Below, one piece after another: positions 25,808-36,130 of a DNA stretch of 64,000 nucleotides; the first letter of the stretch is position 1; every line of letters begins with the position of its first letter. The DNA comes from Ekhidna sp. (GTDB taxonomy: Bacteria > Bacteroidota > Bacteroidia > Cytophagales > Cyclobacteriaceae). Location of the stretch: assembly GCF_965228795.1 (NCBI RefSeq), contig NZ_OZ245839.1, positions 1,311,908 through 1,375,907 on the forward strand. The letters run 5' to 3'. A program made the translations under genes and the position numbers. The notes under the pieces were generated by a model. That model did not search any database. It saw nothing but the letters and a program-made list of their open reading frames with translations, and had not been told where the DNA came from.

Positions 25808-28800
25808 ATGAAAACACTTCGCCTCCTATTTTTACTATGCTTTGTCACCATTGGAGTTTTTGCTCAAAATACCGGTGATGGTGGGAAAATGACTTTTCAA
25901 GGGTCACTATTCCAAAATGGTGAGCCAGTGAATGGCACAGTTGAATTAACCTTTAGTATACCATTACCCAATGGGGAGTGGACGGAAACCATTAGCGGTG
26001 TTTCTGTAGCTAACGGGCTTTATTCGGTAGTCTTGGGAAATACTAATCCTATACCGAACGACTTATTTATGGATGCTGCTCAGCGTTCGGTCACTGTAAC
26101 AGTTGATGGGACTTCACTCGGACAGGTAAATATCTATCCTTCGTTCGTTCCCGGGATAATAAAAGTAGATTCACTTCTATCTAATCGACTGATTATAGAA
26201 AATGATCAGGGAAACTATGTAGAGGTAACGAATAACTTTTATAGAATTAGAAACAGATCTGAAGGAGCCTCAAGTGTATATCTAACAAATGGAGGAACAT
26301 CCAGGCTTCAGCTTGCAGATTTTGACTCATTGGGAGCAACCAGAAGTTTAAGCTTCTTCACAGCCAGACCGGATGGTACTAGTAATATCACTATGGAGCG
26401 CTTCAGTGATGCTGGTGATCGAAACCTTTTACTAGAACTTTACTCCACAGATCGATTCATTGACGGAACGGTTTTAAGAGATGGATATGCTCGAGGAGGA
26501 GTTGATTTTTATAATAACCGAGGTGAACAAACAAGCTGGTTTACTTCCATGCCTGGTGACGAGAATGGAGGAGATCCGGATGGATGGTCTGCCGGAATGG
26601 GGCTGTACGGTACGAACAGCATCAATTTCATCATGGAGGGAAAGAAATGGGAGAATAACGACTTAGGATCTTTTCAGATGTATGGTGAGCACGGCAATGG
26701 CGATGGTTGGTACCACAGAAATATAGCTATGAATGTCAACTCTGACGGAACCAATAACTGGGGTCAGATTGAACTATTTAATTCAGTAGAAGGAGCAGGT
26801 GGAGAGGTCCAAACAGTAAATATTGACGGTCAGTCTGGCAACATGTATATCGCAGGTGATTTGACTGTAGACGGAGTGATCAATAGCAGTATTAACGTTG
26901 ATTTCAATTCAAGCTTATATACTCTTCAAAATCCGAATGATGGACAGCAAATTGGTGATATCATCGCCAGAGATAATGGGACTCAATTGAATCTAATGGG
27001 CTTCATAGACGGTCTTCAAAATGGTGGAGGCGTGTCGATGGGTACTAAGTGGTTCAACTTCGATCCTGCTCAAACACAACTAGGCTATTTCCATCTTAGG
27101 GGAACAGTAAATCCAGCGAATTATTTTGATGCCAATATGAAGGTCGCCATTGAGGCCACAAGAAGAGGTGATGGCGAGGAAGCAGCTAACATTTTAATGT
27201 ATGGCAATATTCTAGATGGAGATTCAAAAGCGCTTCCTGTGATGAAAATGGAAACAGTACCAAACGGTGATTACTCGGCATGGGGTGCTCAAATATCCAT
27301 GTCAAGTGTTGATGGAGCTGGAGAAAGCCAAACTGTGAATTTTAACAGTATTGATGGTTCTGGCTACTTTTCAGGAGACCTTGTTGTAGATGGAAACTTG
27401 AGTGCAAATGTTACTCCAATTGATGGGAATGAGTTCAATGTAAATTATGGAGATGGAACCAATTTCGTGAAAGCTGACCCAAACACCAGTTCCGGTCGAT
27501 TTACTGTCTTTAGTCCAGCAGGTACTCAAGCAGCCCGAATATTCAGCTCAGGAGGTAATTTCGGACGATTCAGATTGTATTCTCCAAATGGCCAAAATGA
27601 TACCCGATTAGAGTTAGGAGTTGATTCAAATGAAGGTGGATATGCACAGTTTTTGGATGCGGGTTTAAGCACCACAATAAACCTAACCGGAGCAAATGGC
27701 TCAGGCTACTTCGCTGGCGACCTAACAGTTGATGGAAACCTAAATGCTAATATCAATCCAAATTTTGACGGTATATCAGTCAACTCGGCAGGCTTGAACA
27801 TTTTCGGAGAATTCAGTCGAATGAATATCTGGAATAGTTCTGACAGTAGCTATCAAGTAGTGGAGGCCTTTGAAGAAAATAATTATGGTATTATTGATCT
27901 AAGAGATGAGAACGGAAATGTTTCAATCTCCCTACAAGGGTCGACCGGTGCTGCTTCTTATATTGCTGGTGATCTTACTGTGGATGGAAACCTAAATGCC
28001 AATATCAATCCAAATTTTGACGGTACATCAGTCAACTCTGCTGGTTTAAATATCTTCGGTGATTTTAGTCGAATGAATATCTGGAATAGTACGGATAGTA
28101 GCTATCAGGTAGTAGAAGCTTTTGAGGAAAATGATTATGGTATCGTCGATTTGAGAGATGAAGCAGGTGATGTTTCTATATCCCTTCAAGGATCAACAGG
28201 AGCTGCTTCTAATTTTACTGGAGACTTAAATGTTAACGGGAATCTTTACGGAAATAACACAAATGCAAATCAATTCTCTTTGAGCAATGGTAGAGCTAAC
28301 ATCACATCCGGAAATCAAGGAAATGGTGATTTCGGACAATTGAATTTGAATTCTACAGTTGGTGATGGTAGCAATCGAATAAGCATGGGATTTGCTGATC
28401 TTAATGAAACAGCTGGTTTTTTCAGCTTATGGAATTCAAATAATGAACTAGCTCTGATGAATGTTGTGCTTGATGGAGGAGGAAATTATGGTGCTCTATC
28501 TCTTGGAGGTCCTGGTTCTGTTACATTAAGTGGCCAGGGAAATATTGACGCCTCTGGTTATATCAGTGCTAGCGACCTATACTTTAGTGGTGCAAGTCCA
28601 GTTTCATTCAATAATGACGTAGGTATCATTTCAACTAATGAAGCGAGACTCAATACTAACGTTTTAGTTGGTGATCAAGGGGATAATGCAGTAGACATCA
28701 ATAATAATATGATCTCAATTACTGCAGGAGGCACTGGTAGTGATGATGGTACAAATACTATAAGCATCGACGGTGCAACAAGAGTCATTGATATCAATAG

Positions 28801-29473
28801 CTCAGATGCAACTTACAATGCAGTATCGATTCAGGATGCTTCCAGTGGAGGAGAAATCTTAGTAAGTGACAATACAGGTCAATTATGGGCTCATTTTCAA
28901 AGTGCTAATAGACAGTTAGTTGTATCGAATGATGGTGGAACTAATGGAGCATTTGTAACAGCTACAGGCATGTTTGGTGGTGACGGAACAGGCTCTTATA
29001 ACATTGGGTATGATGGTAATGCAACTTTCAGTGGAACTGTAACGGCAACATCCTTCCCTACTTCATCTGACAAGCGGTTCAAGGATAATATTGAGCCGCT
29101 AACGAATTCCTTATCAAATACTTTAAAAATAAGTGGTTATACATATAAGTGGAATGATGTTGCAAAAGAAGTGAAAGGAATTAGCGATGAAAAAGAGCAA
29201 ATTGGAGTTCTAGCACAAGAATTGGAAAAGGTTTATCCTCAATTAGTAAAAACTGATGCTGAAGGTTACAAGTCTGTGAATTATCCTGCTCTTACAACCG
29301 TACTCATCGAAGCAATCAAAGAACTGAATGCCGAAGTGAAAACACTGAAAGCAGAGAACGAGGAATTGAAATCAAATGCCTTGAAAACAGCCGAGCTTTC
29401 CAAACGCATCGAAACCATTGAAAAGCTCCTGGAGCTAAAGGCCGAATCTTCCACCTCAAGTGCTAAAAATTAA
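25808..29473 (+). CDS. Secreted tail-fibre-like protein with C-terminal S74 intramolecular chaperone domain
   Basis: Sec signal (VFA-Q); G/N/D-rich beta body with GDLxVxG motifs; 'SSDKRFKDNI', 'IGVLAQELEKVYP.LV', 'KSVNY..L..VLIEAIKEL' then a coiled coil. Confidence 0.9.
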   Translation: MKTLRLLFLLCFVTIGVFAQNTGDGGKMTFQGSLFQNGEPVNGTVELTFSIPLPNGEWTETISGVSVANGLYSVVLGNTNPIPNDLFMDAAQRSVTVTVDGTSLGQVNIYPSFVPGIIKVDSLLSNRLIIENDQGNYVEVTNNFYRIRNRSEGASSVYLTNGGTSRLQLADFDSLGATRSLSFFTARPDGTSNITMERFSDAGDRNLLLELYSTDRFIDGTVLRDGYARGGVDFYNNRGEQTSWFTSMPGDENGGDPDGWSAGMGLYGTNSINFIMEGKKWENNDLGSFQMYGEHGNGDGWYHRNIAMNVNSDGTNNWGQIELFNSVEGAGGEVQTVNIDGQSGNMYIAGDLTVDGVINSSINVDFNSSLYTLQNPNDGQQIGDIIARDNGTQLNLMGFIDGLQNGGGVSMGTKWFNFDPAQTQLGYFHLRGTVNPANYFDANMKVAIEATRRGDGEEAANILMYGNILDGDSKALPVMKMETVPNGDYSAWGAQISMSSVDGAGESQTVNFNSIDGSGYFSGDLVVDGNLSANVTPIDGNEFNVNYGDGTNFVKADPNTSSGRFTVFSPAGTQAARIFSSGGNFGRFRLYSPNGQNDTRLELGVDSNEGGYAQFLDAGLSTTINLTGANGSGYFAGDLTVDGNLNANINPNFDGISVNSAGLNIFGEFSRMNIWNSSDSSYQVVEAFEENNYGIIDLRDENGNVSISLQGSTGAASYIAGDLTVDGNLNANINPNFDGTSVNSAGLNIFGDFSRMNIWNSTDSSYQVVEAFEENDYGIVDLRDEAGDVSISLQGSTGAASNFTGDLNVNGNLYGNNTNANQFSLSNGRANITSGNQGNGDFGQLNLNSTVGDGSNRISMGFADLNETAGFFSLWNSNNELALMNVVLDGGGNYGALSLGGPGSVTLSGQGNIDASGYISASDLYFSGASPVSFNNDVGIISTNEARLNTNVLVGDQGDNAVDINNNMISITAGGTGSDDGTNTISIDGATRVIDINSSDATYNAVSIQDASSGGEILVSDNTGQLWAHFQSANRQLVVSNDGGTNGAFVTATGMFGGDGTGSYNIGYDGNATFSGTVTATSFPTSSDKRFKDNIEPLTNSLSNTLKISGYTYKWNDVAKEVKGISDEKEQIGVLAQELEKVYPQLVKTDAEGYKSVNYPALTTVLIEAIKELNAEVKTLKAENEELKSNALKTAELSKRIETIEKLLELKAESSTSSAKN
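27713..28216 (+). repeat. Tandem 252-nt (84-aa) intragenic duplication
   Basis: 27713-27964 versus 27965-28216; 75/84 aa identical; about 30 synonymous codon differences. Confidence 0.92.
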
Positions 29474-29484
29474 TATTCAAGATC

Positions 29485-32400
29485 ATGAAAACGATCATGA
29501 ATAAACTCATAGCAACGTGCATTCTGAGTCTCCTTGTAGGAGCACTTTGTGCACAGGATACATTAAGCAGATCCAATGTCTCCAACGGAGGTGCATGGCT
29601 CACTAAGAGTAGCTACACCCTCTTTGGAACCTTCGGTCAGCCTGGTGTTGCGACCAATATTACATCAGAAGATGGTGTGTTATCCGGCTCTGTTGGATTC
29701 ATCGGTCCTGTGAATAATATCGGACAAAACAACCCGCCAGTAGCTTCTACAACTTCGTTAACCGTTTTTGTAGAAGATAGTATAATTGAACTTTCAGGAT
29801 TTGATCCCGATGGGGATGAGATATTCTTTGAAATCGTTGCAGAACCTCAATTTGGCACCCTTACGCAGGTACAGGGAGGTCAGTTTGAGTTTCTACCAAA
29901 TGCGGGACTCAATCCTGGTCAATTATACACCGATGAATTAACGTTCAGGGTTAATGATGGAAGTCTAAATTCAGAAGATGCGGTCTTTAACTTCCAGTTT
30001 ATCATGGAAGATGCTCCTCATGAGATTACCGGAGTAACATTTGATGGAACCAACATGTCCCTTTCATGGGAAGATGTGGTGCCAAATGATTCGTATGCAG
30101 TTGAATTAGACTATTACGATCTATCTGATGCAACAAACCCGGGCTTCAAATTTTTGATTAATCAATCATTTAATGCAGCAGATCTAATACCAGAGAATGG
30201 ACTATACAGTGTTTCTACTGCGGTTTCTGCCACTGAGCACCCTTACGTCTTTGATGGTGATCAGGTGTTTATAACGGCATCAGTCACTACCCCAAATGGA
30301 GTAGGAGCTTTTGAGGCAATTGTTTTGGACAATACGACAGGTGCGAGAACGACAGCATCTTCAGATGGTGAGTTCTTTGCGTTTGGGAGTAGTCAAACCG
30401 TACGTGAAAATGGCAAGGTAGAACTTAGTTTCTATAGTGTAGAACTCAGTGATTTTGATGCGGCTACCACCATTATAGAACTACTTGACGAAGGATCGAA
30501 AGGAAACATTTCCGATCTCACTGTAAAGGAGTCTACGGATGTGCTTAAAGAGTGGTCGGTTACTTATGAGTCAACACAACAAGTGGGAGGTAAGGATTCG
30601 ATAGAGTTTAGGGTGTTTAATCAGGATCGTCAGTTATTTGATACAGCTTACGTAAGGATTGATATCATCGATGTAAATGATCCTCCAAAGTTGGCAAGAA
30701 TCGCTAATCAGGTGACAGAGGAAGATGTGCCTTTACAGGTAAACATTACTCCAACCGATCCGGACAATGAAGTTTCAGTAATCGTAGAATCCAACGAAGC
30801 AACCTTAGCTCCGGCTACTTATGAAAACGGTGTAATCACTGTCTCTCCACAAAATAATTTCAGCGGCAGAGTTTCTGTCAACGTCATTGTGGAAGAGGTA
30901 GATACCGATGAAAACTACGTGGCTTATCGAAAATTTGACGTTGAAGTATTGGATGTGGATGATAGTCCTGTTGTAAATGCCATTCCCAATACAACGATTG
31001 ATGAGGATAATACTTTAACCTTTATTGCCTCGGCTACAGACGTTGATGCTACCTTGGCAGTATTCACTTACAGTGCTGAGGTAAATGATCCATCTGCTAT
31101 TGATGTAGAGGTTGATGGGAGTACCATCCAGCTGATACCTAAGCCTAACGTAAATGGTACATACACCGTGAGTGTATTTGCTGACGATGGACTTGGTAAA
31201 CCTACGTCAGTATCGGAAGCTGAGGTCTTCGAATTGGTGATCAATCCAATCAACGATGAACCTGAGATTTTGAAGTCATTCTCAACTCAGCAAATCATTA
31301 CCGGATTGCCAGACTACACCATCAATTTAGGCGCTTATTTTACGGATGTTGAAAATGGTTCCGACCTTACCTATACGTTTGCCGGCAATTCAGAAATTGG
31401 ATTAAGCATCTCAAATACAATCCTTACAGTATCACCTTCAGAATCATTTAATTCAATTGAGGAAGTTACCGTGACAGCTTCAGATGGGGAAAATGAGGTC
31501 AGTCAGACGGTATCGTTTGTGTACATTCAATCAGATCCTAACGTAGTGATTGTGAATGCAGTAGCGGATTTTACCTTGGAAGAAGATTTTGGCACATCAA
31601 CGTTAGATGTATCCAATGTCTTTGCAAATACCAATGATCCCAATGCTGTATTTGAATTCAACTTAACTGGAGGTGGCTTTACCTCTGCTTCCATTAACGA
31701 AGAAGGTTTAATCACATTCGAATCAGATGAAAACTTCAATGGAACAGAGACCTTTTATCTTTTTGGTTCTGTAGATGGACAGGCCAATTATACATCATTC
31801 ACACTGGAAGTGACCCCTGTTAATGATCCGCCTGTTGTTTCTCAGGTTTCTGCTAAGGAAATGATAGAGGATCAAATACTTTCAGGGGTATTTCTATCAG
31901 TTGCAGATGTGGATAATTCCTTATCTGAATTGACCATAACAGCTAGCTCTTCTGATACTAACATCATTGATAATGTTGGCATCACCAATAATATTTTAAG
32001 TAGTGGCTTTTCTTTCAGTTTTACACCTATAGCTAATGCAAATGGAAGTACGACCATTGAAATAAGTATCAGCGATGGTGGGGATCCGGAAGTGGTTTCC
32101 TTTGATTTGAACGTGCTGCCGGTAAATGATGCTCCATTCATCAAGTCAGCATCCATAGGACCTGCTACTGAGGATGTTAGCTATTCTTTGAACATGACCG
32201 AATTATTTGGAGATGTAGATGGCGATGCACTTAGTTTTTCATCAACTGAAAAGCCCGAATGGTTAACTCAGACAGGAAATATATTGTCTGGGACTCCAGC
32301 GAATAGTGATGTAGGTGTTGAGCCGCTCAAGATACGTGTGGATGATTCCAAAGGAGGCACAGTGGTTCAGATGTACGACATAGAAGTGCTGAATGTCAAT

Positions 32401-33198
32401 GATGCTCCAACATTAGTAAGTGAAATAGCTCCATTAGAGTTATTGGAGGATTTTGGAACTTCCACCTTGCTGTTAGATAATAAGTTTGAAGATATCGATG
32501 GCGATGTATTGATATATACTGCGTCTTCTGATAATGAAGCGGTTGTAACTGTTTCAGTTTCAGGAAGTGAATTGATTCTAACCGAGGTTTCAAATGGTTC
32601 ATCAACCATTATAGTTTCAGCTGATGATGGGAATGGAGGAAATGTGGAAACCTCATTTGCTGTGACTGTAAATAATGTAAATGATGCACCGGTGGCGGTA
32701 TCTGGAATTGTGGATCAAGAGATCAAGAAGGGTTTTAGTAATTCTACCATTGATTTAGCCAATGCTTTTGAGGATGAGGATGGCGATCAGATACGTTTGT
32801 CTGCCGCTTCATCAAATGTGGAAGTAGTAGCCGTAACAGTTAGCGGAACCACGCTTTCCATCCTGGAAAGAGGCGAAGGAGTCGCTACAATCACTGTTAC
32901 AGGTTCCGATGGAAATGGCGGAGAGGCTTCATTCGAATTTGATTTCACTGTAATTCCTTTGGGCGTCAATGCTGTTGAGGACTATCACATTTATCCTAAT
33001 CCTGTTTCTAAGCAGTTGTACATCAAAGGGACTTTTAGCGAAGTAGGATGGAGAATGATTGATACTTCCGGAAGGATTATTAAATCGGATCGTTTATCTA
33101 ATGGAGAAGCGATAGATGTTTCAAATATGAATACAGGAATTTATTACTTAAGGATTGATGGGACGAATCAAACCCTGAAGGTGATCATTCGCAGATAA
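29485..33198 (+). CDS. Large T9SS-secreted protein with ~10 cadherin-like/tandem-95 repeats and a type A CTD
   Basis: Signal peptide; recurring 'VND.P...' and 'D.DGD.L' motifs; C-terminal 'IYPNPVSKQLYI...G.Y.L......KVII'. Confidence 0.92.
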   Translation: MKTIMNKLIATCILSLLVGALCAQDTLSRSNVSNGGAWLTKSSYTLFGTFGQPGVATNITSEDGVLSGSVGFIGPVNNIGQNNPPVASTTSLTVFVEDSIIELSGFDPDGDEIFFEIVAEPQFGTLTQVQGGQFEFLPNAGLNPGQLYTDELTFRVNDGSLNSEDAVFNFQFIMEDAPHEITGVTFDGTNMSLSWEDVVPNDSYAVELDYYDLSDATNPGFKFLINQSFNAADLIPENGLYSVSTAVSATEHPYVFDGDQVFITASVTTPNGVGAFEAIVLDNTTGARTTASSDGEFFAFGSSQTVRENGKVELSFYSVELSDFDAATTIIELLDEGSKGNISDLTVKESTDVLKEWSVTYESTQQVGGKDSIEFRVFNQDRQLFDTAYVRIDIIDVNDPPKLARIANQVTEEDVPLQVNITPTDPDNEVSVIVESNEATLAPATYENGVITVSPQNNFSGRVSVNVIVEEVDTDENYVAYRKFDVEVLDVDDSPVVNAIPNTTIDEDNTLTFIASATDVDATLAVFTYSAEVNDPSAIDVEVDGSTIQLIPKPNVNGTYTVSVFADDGLGKPTSVSEAEVFELVINPINDEPEILKSFSTQQIITGLPDYTINLGAYFTDVENGSDLTYTFAGNSEIGLSISNTILTVSPSESFNSIEEVTVTASDGENEVSQTVSFVYIQSDPNVVIVNAVADFTLEEDFGTSTLDVSNVFANTNDPNAVFEFNLTGGGFTSASINEEGLITFESDENFNGTETFYLFGSVDGQANYTSFTLEVTPVNDPPVVSQVSAKEMIEDQILSGVFLSVADVDNSLSELTITASSSDTNIIDNVGITNNILSSGFSFSFTPIANANGSTTIEISISDGGDPEVVSFDLNVLPVNDAPFIKSASIGPATEDVSYSLNMTELFGDVDGDALSFSSTEKPEWLTQTGNILSGTPANSDVGVEPLKIRVDDSKGGTVVQMYDIEVLNVNDAPTLVSEIAPLELLEDFGTSTLLLDNKFEDIDGDVLIYTASSDNEAVVTVSVSGSELILTEVSNGSSTIIVSADDGNGGNVETSFAVTVNNVNDAPVAVSGIVDQEIKKGFSNSTIDLANAFEDEDGDQIRLSAASSNVEVVAVTVSGTTLSILERGEGVATITVTGSDGNGGEASFEFDFTVIPLGVNAVEDYHIYPNPVSKQLYIKGTFSEVGWRMIDTSGRIIKSDRLSNGEAIDVSNMNTGIYYLRIDGTNQTLKVIIRR

Positions 33199-33221
33199 TT
33201 AAGATAAGCAATACTAAGGTG

Positions 33222-33261
33222 GGGCTGCATTGATAAATAGTTTATTGTGCGGCCCTTTTTT
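33222..33261 (+). terminator. Intrinsic terminator of the fibre/T9SS operon
   Basis: gggctgca/tgcggccc stem followed by T6. Confidence 0.7.
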
Positions 33262-33293
33262 ATTAGAAAATACTATTAATCCGCCAGGCTGAA

Positions 33294-33301
33294 TATCTTT
33301 G
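33294..33301 (+). promoter_or_regulatory. Bacteroidota -7 element TATCTTTG
   Basis: Exact TAnnTTTG match 19 nt before the ATG at 33321. Confidence 0.6.
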
Positions 33302-33320
33302 CGACCTCAAAAAATAACAT

Positions 33321-33785
33321 ATGGAATTCAGCGATATAGCATCAGTTTCAGGAAAAGGAACCTTATTCAAAATAATTCAACCAACACGTACAGGTGTGAT
33401 ATTGGAAAGCCTGGATGAGCACAAGAAGAAAATGGTAGCTACCATGCACAATAAAGTGAGCATTCTTTCGGAAATATCCATTTATACTACTGATACAGAA
33501 GGAGCAGTTCCTTTGGAGGATGTGATGAGAAAAATCCATAAGGAATTTGATGGTGATACTGATTTAGATAAAAATAGTAGCCCGGAGGAGCTGAAAGCAT
33601 TTTTAAAGTTTGTGCTACCAGACTATGATGAAGCAAGAGTGTATGTTTCTGATATAAAGAAGGTAGTAAGTTGGTACGATCAATTAGTAAAGCAGGCTCC
33701 TGATGTTTTAGCAGAAAAAAAAGAAGAAGCCAAGAAAACGAAAAAAGGATCGGCTAAGAAAAAAGAGGAAGCCAAAGGTGAGTGA
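33321..33785 (+). CDS. DUF5606 family protein
   Basis: 'IASVSGKG.LFK', 'VS.L.EISIYT', 'LP.YDE.RVY.SDIKK...WY'. Confidence 0.88.
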   Translation: MEFSDIASVSGKGTLFKIIQPTRTGVILESLDEHKKKMVATMHNKVSILSEISIYTTDTEGAVPLEDVMRKIHKEFDGDTDLDKNSSPEELKAFLKFVLPDYDEARVYVSDIKKVVSWYDQLVKQAPDVLAEKKEEAKKTKKGSAKKKEEAKGE

Positions 33786-34230
33786 GGTTAAGTATAAATT
33801 CAGGGTACGTTGGGCAGATCTGGATCCAAACGGGCATATGAGGCACACTGCGTATAATGACTATTGTGCGCAGGCACGTTTAATGTACTTTGAGGATATC
33901 AATATGTCTTTCGGCAAATTGATAAAAATGGGTGTGGGGCCAATCCTTTTCCGAGAAGACACCAGATTTTTCAAAGAAGTCCGTATGAATGAAGAATTCG
34001 AAGTGGGATTTACCATTTCGAAACTTCGAAAAGATGGGTCAAAATGGTCATTCAGGCATAATATTTATACTAATGATGGCAGCCTTTCGGCAAAAGTAGA
34101 TGTTGATGGAGCGTGGTTGGATCTGGTAAAGCGTCGAACAACAGTTCCGCCAACGGAGCTGAGCGGTTTGTTGCTGGATGCTGTAAAATCAGATGATTTT
34201 GAGTGGATTCCGGATAAAGTCAAGGCTTAA
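33778..34230 (+). CDS. Acyl-CoA thioesterase (4HBT-like)
   Basis: 'VRWADLDPNGHMRHTAY', 'GPILFRE...F.KE'. Confidence 0.9.
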   Translation: MSEVKYKFRVRWADLDPNGHMRHTAYNDYCAQARLMYFEDINMSFGKLIKMGVGPILFREDTRFFKEVRMNEEFEVGFTISKLRKDGSKWSFRHNIYTNDGSLSAKVDVDGAWLDLVKRRTTVPPTELSGLLLDAVKSDDFEWIPDKVKA

Positions 34231-34693
34231 ACTCATCCGGTATTTCACAATTTTCTTTGCGACGTGTATCTACAAGATGAAAGATCTTCCAGCCATCTTC
34301 ACGTTTGATTAAATGGAATGCATCCACACCACAGTGTGAGAATTGATCGTCTACATAAAATGCATAATCGACCCAAACGGAAGCTAAATTATCATCTATC
34401 TCTACTTTTTCATTCCAAATTGGTTCGTTCCATACCTGCTCTTTGGGCTGTCCAACAGCATCTTTGAATCGCTTGAATTCACCTGATACCAACGTAGAAT
34501 TTCCATCATTATCATAGAAAGCAGTAAACGTATTAGGGTTTTCTACAAAGCTTTGCTTTAGGAGGGTGCTGTCGTTGGTACGCATTGCTTCAAAAACCTG
34601 GTTAATCACTTCCATGATTTCATCTTTATCCTGACCTTGTCCTATGGATAGCAATGGAGAAGCTAGTAGAAGTGCTATTAATAGTTTTTTCAT
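34220..34693 (-). CDS. NTF2/SnoaL-like secreted protein
   Basis: Signal peptide; 'LASVWVDYAFY....SHCGVDAFHL.K...GWKI....DTRR'. Confidence 0.88.
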   Translation of the reverse strand: MKKLLIALLLASPLLSIGQGQDKDEIMEVINQVFEAMRTNDSTLLKQSFVENPNTFTAFYDNDGNSTLVSGEFKRFKDAVGQPKEQVWNEPIWNEKVEIDDNLASVWVDYAFYVDDQFSHCGVDAFHLIKREDGWKIFHLVDTRRKENCEIPDEFKP

Positions 34694-34752
34694 GTGGGGG
34701 TTTTTTATAGTCAGATAAAATACCTGATAATTGCCTAATTCAATGTTATACT

Positions 34753-35073
34753 ATGGATGAAGTTACACTTCTGAGGCAGAGTTATCAACTGATCCACAAG
34801 GATTTAGGATTAGAGGATCAATTAGAATTTGAGGATACAAAAAACGATTTTGATCGGTTAGTGGATTTCCTTACAAAGCAGGTAAACCACCTCTTGGATC
34901 ATGACTTAAACAGGCTTCTGAACGCACTTTACCGTATAGATATACCGGAAAATGAAGTAAAACGTCTACTTCATTACTCCGATCAGGGTAAAATTGCCCA
35001 AAACATGGCTTTAGCAATTATAGAAAGGGAAAAGAAGAAAGTAATTACTAGGCAACAGTACCAGTCTTCATAA
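34753..35073 (+). CDS. Conserved hypothetical protein
   Basis: '[14 protein letters not shown]', 'IIERE..KV..R..Y' pattern typical of a small Bacteroidota family. Confidence 0.75.
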   Translation: MDEVTLLRQSYQLIHKDLGLEDQLEFEDTKNDFDRLVDFLTKQVNHLLDHDLNRLLNALYRIDIPENEVKRLLHYSDQGKIAQNMALAIIEREKKKVITRQQYQSS

Positions 35074-36052
35074 AAGAAGTGGCGTGTTTGACCATGTTAG
35101 CCGACCCGATGTACAACGGAGAACGTTGATGAAACGAGGTAGGCTGAATATCCAAAATACGCTCTTTACCACTAGTAGCAACTCCTCCTGATTGCTCAGC
35201 GATGAATGCCAGGGCGTTACACTCATATAGTAACCTTAGTTTACCATTTGGTGCCTTTTCTGTGTTTGGATAAAGATAGAGTCCACCCTTCATCATATTT
35301 CTATGAAAATCTGCAACAAGCGAACCGATATATCTGGCAGTCATGCCTTTTTTCTTACAATCATCGATGTATTCTCTCACCCATTCGTCAAAAGCATAAT
35401 AGTTACCCTCATTGATCGAATAGATTTTTCCGTCTTTAGGACACTTCATTTGATTGTGAGAAAGCACGAATTCTCCAAGGCTTGGCTCTAACGTAAATCC
35501 ATGAACACCTCTGCCTGTCGTATAAACCAGCATGGTAGAAGAGCCATATAAAATATATCCTGCAGCAACTTGCTCTGTACCTTTCTGGAGTACATCTTCT
35601 TCCTGCACAGGTCCACCTACCGGGGAAATTCGCTTGTAAATAGAGAAAATAGTACCAATCGATACATTCACATCAATATTGGAGCTTCCATCTAAAGGAT
35701 CAATTGCTACAACATACCTACAATTAGGATTGAGGTGGATGATTTCTTGCTCCTCTTCGGAAACAACCGCGCAAGTCATACCTCCATTTCGCAATGCTCT
35801 TGTAAATCGAATATCAGCTACAACATCGAGTTTTTGCTGATCCTCTCCCTGAACGTTTTTTTCTCCAAAACCACCAGTGATATCAAGTAGTCCTGATTTA
35901 TTTACCTCCTTATTGATAATTTTTCCTGCAAGCGCGATATCTCTCAAAAGTTGAGACAATTCACCAGTTGCTGAGGAAAATTCATCCTCTTTTTGTTTAA
36001 TAAAGCGGTCTAAGGTTGTTCCTATCGGCAGGCCAAGCTTACTTTTGTTCAT
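35048..36052 (-). CDS. fbp: Fructose-1,6-bisphosphatase class 1
   Basis: '[12 protein letters not shown]', 'SEE', '[21 protein letters not shown]', '[12 protein letters not shown]', 'KLRLLYECN'. Confidence 0.97.
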   Translation of the reverse strand: MNKSKLGLPIGTTLDRFIKQKEDEFSSATGELSQLLRDIALAGKIINKEVNKSGLLDITGGFGEKNVQGEDQQKLDVVADIRFTRALRNGGMTCAVVSEEEQEIIHLNPNCRYVVAIDPLDGSSNIDVNVSIGTIFSIYKRISPVGGPVQEEDVLQKGTEQVAAGYILYGSSTMLVYTTGRGVHGFTLEPSLGEFVLSHNQMKCPKDGKIYSINEGNYYAFDEWVREYIDDCKKKGMTARYIGSLVADFHRNMMKGGLYLYPNTEKAPNGKLRLLYECNALAFIAEQSGGVATSGKERILDIQPTSFHQRSPLYIGSANMVKHATSFMKTGTVA

Positions 36053-36130
36053 AAGGGGTTTATATTCGAGATTGTTTATTGGGTTTCAAACCACGAAATT
36101 AATTCATTCAGTATTTATAACGTTTGCATA

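Noticed and set aside
27713-28216. Diversity-generating retroelement TR/VR pair
   Set aside because: Differences are mostly synonymous third positions at all bases, not adenine-specific; the copies are in-frame tandem and no reverse transcriptase is present.
25808-29473. Prophage or tailocin remnant suggested by the S74 tail-fibre domain
   Set aside because: The protein has a Sec signal peptide, and no capsid, baseplate, sheath, holin, terminase or integrase genes are nearby.
23100-33320. att-like direct repeats flanking the fibre module
   Set aside because: Comparing the yihA 3' end with the region after 33198 by eye showed no repeat, so the module cannot be called a mobile island from this sequence.
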